DNA of 57,285 nt, the filler included, from Catajapyx aquilonaris (Eukaryota): assembly GCA_000934665.2 (NCBI GenBank). It is 4 parts of 4 records of this genome, joined end to end, with 100 filler letters (N's around TTAATTAATTAA, not from the genome) between each part and the next. Parts side by side here need not be neighbours in the genome. Positions count along the whole stretch, not along the records: positions 42,902 to 57,285 come from JYFJ02007854.1; 3 more parts are not named here. One strand, written 5' to 3'. Both the position numbers and the translations under genes were made by a program. Numbering within the stretch: position 1 is the first letter of the stretch; every line of letters begins with the position of its first letter. Shown one piece after another: positions 50,821 through 57,285 of the stretch. The notes under the pieces were generated by a model. It did not search any database. It was not told the origin of the DNA and saw only the letters and a list, made by a program, of their open reading frames with translations.

Positions 50821-51984
50821 GGTTAATTTACCAAGGTAAGGTGGCAAGCTGCAATTATTGGACTGGCAATGTAGCGACCCCTGACCGTTGCCCATCCTGA
50901 TTGTCTGTTATGGTTACCAAGGAGGCGGGTAGAACTATTTGATCCGTTTTGGAGTTGTATTGGCACATGTTTCATGTGAATTCTTTCGTTGAATTATTAT
51001 AAGGGTGTGTTCTTGGCTGGACTCGGCTTTTTCTGCAGTTCTGGTCCGCCTTTGGGACGTTTACTTGTGTCACATGTCAACGATTCGTGTTTTATGTGTA
51101 GACTGTACACCTTGTCAATTATATATAAAGCCCCTAAACGAGGAGGATATATAGGATATAGGAGGATGAAAAATATTTCGCACTTCCCGAGGTCGTAGAA
51201 ACCTCGGACTTGCACCGTTGGATTCCTTGCCCCCGGTTTAGTGTTTACAAAAATCCTCATAATCGCAAAATTCCCAGCCGTTTTCGAGATCGCCAAATTA
51301 AATGTAGACGCAAACCCGAGATCGCGAAATTAATGTATCCGCAAACTTCCCGAGAACAATAGCCCCATCCATCACCCGCTGACAGCTCACGCTAATCCCA
51401 CCTAGCCTTTTTTTTAAAATGATACGGGTTCAGATAGTTGCCCCAGGCGGCCAACAGACGAGAGCCACCATCGCCTGCACCTGCACCACCCACTTCCTCC
51501 CACGGGGGACCCTCGAATCCTCCTCCCCTACCCACCGCCGCCACCACGTCATCTGTTATTGCGTCATGTTGCCTTTTCACGATACGTCATCTAGGGCGCA
51601 TTCAGATTATACTCCACACCCTCAGTAGTGACGTCACGGGGAAGTGTGGGGCGGCCGGCTGCACTTGCGCCTGGCCCGAAGGCGCGCAAATCGGGCGCAC
51701 TCATTGTTGTTGGTTGATTGGCTGGATTGATTGGCTGGATTGATTGGCTGGGTGGTGGGTTGGCTGATTGTTGGAGGTGAGGTATTTGTCATGCTTCATT
51801 GTTGACTCCGTTGACGACATACTCCAGGTTATTGTTGCCAGCTCTCTAGCGGTGCTGGGTAGGCCGGGGCGGGAACGCGTAGCGCCGAAGGCGCGCCAAT
51901 TGGGGCGCAGCCCCAAGGGGGGGGTGTGGGGGGGCGGAGCCCCCCCCCCGCCTCGCAAAGCGAGTAACCATATACACACCGGAG

Positions 51985-52145
51985 CGGGTCATTTCACCGA
52001 CACCCACCTGGCCGACAGGCCATTTCACCGACAGACATTTCACCGACATACCCATTCCACCGACAGGCCATTCCACCGACAAGCCATTTCACCGACAAGG
52101 AGTTCCCCGACAGGGCGTTTCACCGACAGTCATTTGATCGACAAA
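51985..52145 (+). repeat. ~15-bp tandem array (catttcaccgaca), probably the subterminal array of a Mutator/fold-back element
   Basis: About ten degenerate copies of cattYcaccgaca. Confidence 0.7.
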
Positions 52146-55100
52146 TTTACCCACACAATTCCGATATGAAAACCCTCCAGTCACTGGAGAGACGGGGTCC
52201 AGATCACACCTCATTATCATGTTTCCCACGAGAATATCTTTTAGCGAATCAGGTCGTCACCTACAGCTTCCCCGGTAAGCAGTTGTTGTCCGGGTGTCTG
52301 ACTACAAGTATTTCATTCATGCAATGAAATTGGAAATGTATGCTTCGTTTATATTTTATAGAAATGGGATACATCTGTCAGGTGGTTCCTTCCATAAGGG
52401 GTCGTCCATATACCACGTGGCCGTTTTGGGGGGAGGGGGGGGGGGTCTGNGGGGGTCGGCGAAAATTCACGTGGTACCTCTGAACACAGTGAATTGGCAC
52501 ATATGGGACCTTTTGCAGATGCACATGGGTTCAAAATAACCTAAAATTCGAAATCAGCGACCCCGAAAACATGGGGAGACATGTTTTTTACATATAATCT
52601 TTAACAAAATCATACTTCATCATATCTGAAAATATTATTGTCGGTGTTGGCAATGACAATAAACAATAAAGTAATGAAGTACTTGTATTTCAGTATCCTC
52701 TAACAATTTCCGCGCTTCTTCCCACTTTTATGCAAGCCTCTTGGCCGCCCCGAAGCAGAGCGATTAGGTTCTCGTACTTTTACCACTGCTTTCATTTCAA
52801 TGTCAGTGTTCAGTGTGCCAATTTGTGTCATTCGGTTAGCCAAGAAGGGAATTATGCCCTTTTTGCCTTGCCAAAGAACATTCGCCCGTGGGCCGGCCCC
52901 AGGGTGAAAATGTGTGATTCGGGACATTTGACGTAGTCTTGGATGTCTGGGTTACAGGTCTGCCAAATCTCAAATTTTTAGCTCACTTAGAAGTGTGTGA
53001 AAATAATTACGTAAAGTGCATGACATTGCATGGAAAGCCCTATCCCAGTTTGAATTTATCCTCCCCGTTTTCTTCCTCCACCATCACCGCCCACTAGCCG
53101 GACGGTCCAGCCATAGGAAGGATATACTCTAACAACCGTGGGGTCATTAGGTCGCAGGTCGCTCCCTGCTGGCATCACTGGCATGGCATATGCATATTCG
53201 CACCGTTGTGTGCTACAGTATGTTGGCCTTCATTTTGTGGACTATTTTAAACCAGTCAACAGCTGCAGAGTCGTATTCTCCCTCCTTCGGTAGTTAAATG
53301 GTACCGCGTCGACGTAAAATTATAATATCAAATGGTTCAACTGAGCGATGAATCATAAATGATTGTTTAGTAAAGGAAGTCGTGCATGAAACATTGGCAT
53401 TTCAATATGCATGCTGTCAAGTACTGTGTCTACGCGCATAGTTCCAGTTCCAGAGGGACATTTTTGCCTCCGTGTACCATCTTCTTACGACTTAAGACCA
53501 AGTGGCTGTCCCTGTAAGAAGCAGTATCAGTCTTCAAACCAAAGCCCTATAACGTAACATGTGTTTGGCGTGGTATGGCCATTGTCGTTGCGCCAACAAC
53601 CCCAATCAATAAATCTTCAAACCGGCAAAATAATGTTGTGATCTTAATGGCGGACAACTCTGTCACGTAACCAGGAGTAACCTCATCATCGACATGTCAC
53701 TTCCAATGGCAAAGGGAAGTAGTATCAAATTACCTATACTCTCTTTTTCTGTGAATCGTTCTGGGGAGAGTTTAATAACATGAATAATAATGAGGCGCGG
53801 AAGTGTATTAATTATGGTCGGAGATGAGTCTTGCGCACCTCACTCATGGCGCAGGGAATAATTAATTGGTAAATGAGCAATTTGATGTCAATTACACTAT
53901 TACAGACATATAGGAGCAGTGCAATATTATCAGAGGGGATGTTCCACTCATGTCCGATTTCTTCGCCTTTGTAATAGACTGTTAAGAGCTCTAAGTTAGT
54001 TGTAGTTTAAAGTTCCATCACATTTCAAAGGCCACTTAACTTGCAACGGTTTATTAACTTTTTAGATTGAAGGAAATGAGCATACGTGCAGCACTGCATA
54101 CACAAGCATGAACTGTGCGATTCTTGAGGATTGGACCCGGCACCTTCTTCTTGATAATACGATTATGAGTGCAAATGTCGCTCCCCGTATACAGTAGTGT
54201 CCTGGATGCCCTTAGGACTATATCGTATCTGTTTAGAAGCACAAGAGAGAGCAAAAGTATAGTGCCGGAGAGAGAAGATTGGCCTGCATCGATGCTGGCT
54301 TAATGGCCAGTGTTGTTCGTAATGTAAACAATGTGCCATCGAACACCAGACCTCTGTCTGAACAGGGTGTCCGATGCCTCCGAGACGGAGTCACCGGAGT
54401 CATCGGAGTCGGAGTCGGATCGACTGTGTACAACCCACTTAAGATTCGGCGACATTGCTTGCCGTCCATCCTTACAGGGCAGAGCATGACTGTGTCGCAG
54501 TGCTGCCTGCTCTGGAGGTCCGGTCAGGAAAAGGCAGCATGACTGAAGAGTAATTAATTATACGTACAAGCAATCAGCCCATGTTCTGCTGGATATCTGG
54601 TCTATAACGATTATTATTTAATCGTCCGTATTTCACTACAGTTGATAGTTAATTCGTATGTACAGCGCCTCCTTTCATGCCCTGGAAGTTCTGTATTTCG
54701 GTGTTGGAGGTAACGTTATTGTTCTTTCTAGCAGAGCGACAGTCGAGTGGTTGCATTCGATTTGAATCATGAAAGCCCCATTCGTGCCCAGCCACGATTC
54801 GCCAAATGAATGATCATACTGGTATATACGTACACTGTACAGCCTTACTGACTGAGCAATACGTTGTTCTAAAATGGACCAGAAAATAATAGTCGCATGC
54901 TACCTCAGACTAGGTCGTCGGGGATAATGTGGAGCCCAAAATTGGCTTAGCATGATAAGGGTCTGCAAAAATACCGTGATCGCCCAGCAGAAGTAAATTG
55001 CCCCTTAGAAGTCGTCCGAATAATTATCAGATCATTTAATCCCCCAGTCCGTCTCTTGATTTTGTTATTAATCGCATAACACCCATGGGTTAATGTTCTA

Positions 55101-55894
55101 TATCATTTTGTCCTCTATGGCTGCCCTTATCCTACGCTTGAAATATTATTATTGGTGGTAATGGTGCAGTTCCATTTTTATGTCGCTATTCCATTTGGTC
55201 TTATTTCGGGACAAGATATTGCGCAGTTATTATGCTTTGGAATATGTTGGCAGTTGGGCCTGTCAAATGGGATGAACAGAGACGATGATAACATTATTTT
55301 GTGATAATCTGAGCAGGTCCATTTAAATATGTCGCTTTTCCATACTGATATTTTTGCCGGACAATGACGTACGGTCGTATGATGCTTTGAAATTTGTAGA
55401 GACGCGATGAGACATGTCTTTTAAAGAATGTACAGAAGAAGGCCTTTCGCACATTCGGCCTCCTGCCAATAAGATTCACTCGCCTCTTATTCGCCTTAAC
55501 ATGCACCGTGTATATAGGTTCACCCTATAATAATGCCTTACCCTATAATAATGCCTGCTAAGTTATTGTGTTGAGGCTGATGAGTATAGCCTGGCAGTAC
55601 ACCTCATCAAGTTGTACTCATTCTTCTCTCCGACTCAGCACAGTCAGTTCTCTTCGCGATCCGTTTCTTTTGTCTCCACTTATGCACCATCGTGCTAGAG
55701 GATCCCATTATAATAAATTATCAGGACTGGTGTAGATACTGCTGTGTAGAGCAATAAGTGCATCAGTGCCTCGTGAAAACATTGCAAGATAGACCCTTTT
55801 CGTAGGTGACTTGAAGTGTTACAATGCTATTGTTGTAAACAAAATTATTCTCGTAGAAGAAAATAATGGAATGGTGTTCTCTGCATTGTGTCCA

Positions 55895-56991
55895 GTGATC
55901 AAGGTGGTGCACTGTCCAAGAATGGGTAGGGGGAGAGGTTCGCAATGGCTTACCCCTAAAAATCTCTTTAGTGAGCAGCAACCACTTGGAACCAACAATC
56001 GAGGCAACATTCTCCAGCAACTTCAGAGAAGGAGAACCTATAACTAACTCCCAACCTTAGAATCAAATCGTTGCAGTCCTACCTGACCTCGTAGGGTCCA
56101 TCGAGTGAGTAGTGTAGGCTGTGCGGCGGAGCAAGCCTTCGTCTGTTTCTCGGCCATCGGATCCAAGGAGGGGTAACGGCGGATGGGCAGCCATACATTG
56201 GAGACACATGACTTCGACGATCAACAATGGCGAGGATGAATCACCTGTTGATGTAATGTTTACACGTTGGAGACACATTACTACGATAAACAATTATTGT
56301 CCAGGATGGCTCAATTGCTGATTTACCGGTATTGGAAATATGAACATACCCGGCTGTCCTTCTTGAAACTCGTTGTACCCATTCTTGTTGACATTGGAGA
56401 CCCTCTTGACGATCACAACAATGGTCGAGGATGGCGGAACTGCTGATGTATTGGACGTATGCGCGTACCCGTCCGCCCTACTTGCAATCTCGTCGAATCT
56501 TGGGTCCAGTTTGCATTGAAGACCAAGTTGAAGACACTCTTGACGATCACAACCATGATCGAAGATGGCACAACTGCTGATGTATTGGAGGCCTGAATTT
56601 GCACGTCCGTCCTACTTGAAATATCGTACAACACTGAATTTATCAGGTTCAGTTTACATTGGATACCATCTTGAGCCTTGACTACCACAACAATGGTGCA
56701 GGATGCCACAACTGCTGATGTATTGGAAATATGCACCGAAGCAGTTTGGAGGAGGGGATATGGTGTCCGACTGCTAATCGGGAGGTCCTGGTATCAAATC
56801 CCGGGGCCGGCAACACTGACCGTGGTTTTCTGTGGTATCCCACGATCCTTCAAGGTGGTGATCAAGGTGGTGCACTGTCCAAGAATTGGTAGGGTGAGAG
56901 GATCGCAATGGCTTACCCCTAAAAATCTCTTTAGTGAGCAGCAACCAGTTGGAACCAACAATCGAGGCAACATTCTCCAGCAACTTCAGAG
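55895..56991 (+). repeat. Two ~135-bp near-identical direct repeats (55895-56029, 56859-56991) enclosing a degenerate ~135-bp tandem array (56199-56734)
   Basis: gtgatcaaggtggtgcactgtccaagaat...gcaacattctccagcaacttcagaga occurs twice. Five inner units share gacgatcacaacaatggtcgaggatggc..aactgctgatgtattgga. Confidence 0.85.
56735..56855 (+). mobile_element. 3'-truncated copy of SINE family A
   Basis: Near-identical to the reverse complement of ~38085-38204. Confidence 0.8.
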
Positions 56992-57285
56992 ATGGAGATG
57001 GCAATGGATTTCTTGGAGTGAACTGCTGGGCCCATGGCCCCGCCCCAAAACAAACTTCTCTCCTCCCCCCAACCACTTTGGCACCATAACAACATGTATC
57101 CCTCCGCCAGAGCCGGACACCTTATTCCGATGGTGCTTATGCGCGCCGAAAAGAAGTGAAACGAAGAGATTCGAACACCGTTGCCTTGGATTCGAACAAT
57201 GCTTCGAAATTACGCGGGCACGGATCCCGATGCTCTTTTGTCTCTCGCCTTGAAAGTAGTCCCCATGTGGCAACGTTGCTGATTT

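Larger units (their letters stand above)
44800..54300 (-). mobile_element. Decayed Polinton/Maverick (endogenous virus-like element)
   Basis: Co-oriented minus-strand relics of six Polinton hallmark genes in a coherent order (see individual pseudogenes). All are frameshifted; TIRs and TSD were not found; boundaries are approximate. Confidence 0.8.
50420..54300 (-). pseudogene. Polinton protein-primed family B DNA polymerase relic, split by insertions
   Basis: Ordered motifs on minus: LNSLLQ (~53970), H*D...Y*LGC (~53600-53650), CQCFMH (53382), YYNFTST (53307; cf. FYDFET), VAHNGA (53199), KKGIIPFLAN (~52840; cf. KKGYFPHxFN), C..TDNNIFR (~52630; cf. YCxSDVxILR), YIASPIIAACHLTL (~50830-50875), DT (~50720), CK..RG..L, VLPCAY (~50420; cf. 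TxPYGY). Confidence 0.7.

Noticed and set aside
56199..56734. CRISPR-like repeat-spacer array
   Set aside because: The repeats are degenerate, the spacers are homologous to one another, no cas genes are present and the context is eukaryotic.

Overview
Eukaryotic, most likely arthropod, genomic DNA. The window is a composite of four ~14.2-kb segments (1-14198, 14299-28517, 28618-42801, 42902-57285) joined by identical artificial 100-nt spacers (N44-TTAATTAATTAA-N44), so adjacency across the spacers carries no biological meaning. Shared SINE and MITE families suggest one genome. Segment 1 holds three internal coding exons of actin-related protein 6 (Arp6, minus strand) around a 10,038-bp intron full of nested Tc1/mariner relics and fold-back MITEs. 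Two of those relics have their 5' end replaced by an inverted copy of their own 3' end. Segments 2 and 3 show no recognisable host gene and consist of MITEs, transposase relics, a SINE and microsatellites. Segment 4 holds the main find, barely visible in the ORF track: a heavily decayed Polinton/Maverick (virus-like element) on the minus strand at ~44800-54300. Its frameshifted remnants read, in order, pPolB, packaging ATPase, integrase, two minor-capsid-like genes, two major-capsid-like genes and an adenain-type protease, interrupted by younger SINE, MITE and microsatellite insertions. All Polinton calls come from by-eye matching across frameshifts to remembered consensus motifs and need HMM or tblastn confirmation. 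Boundaries of decayed elements are approximate.
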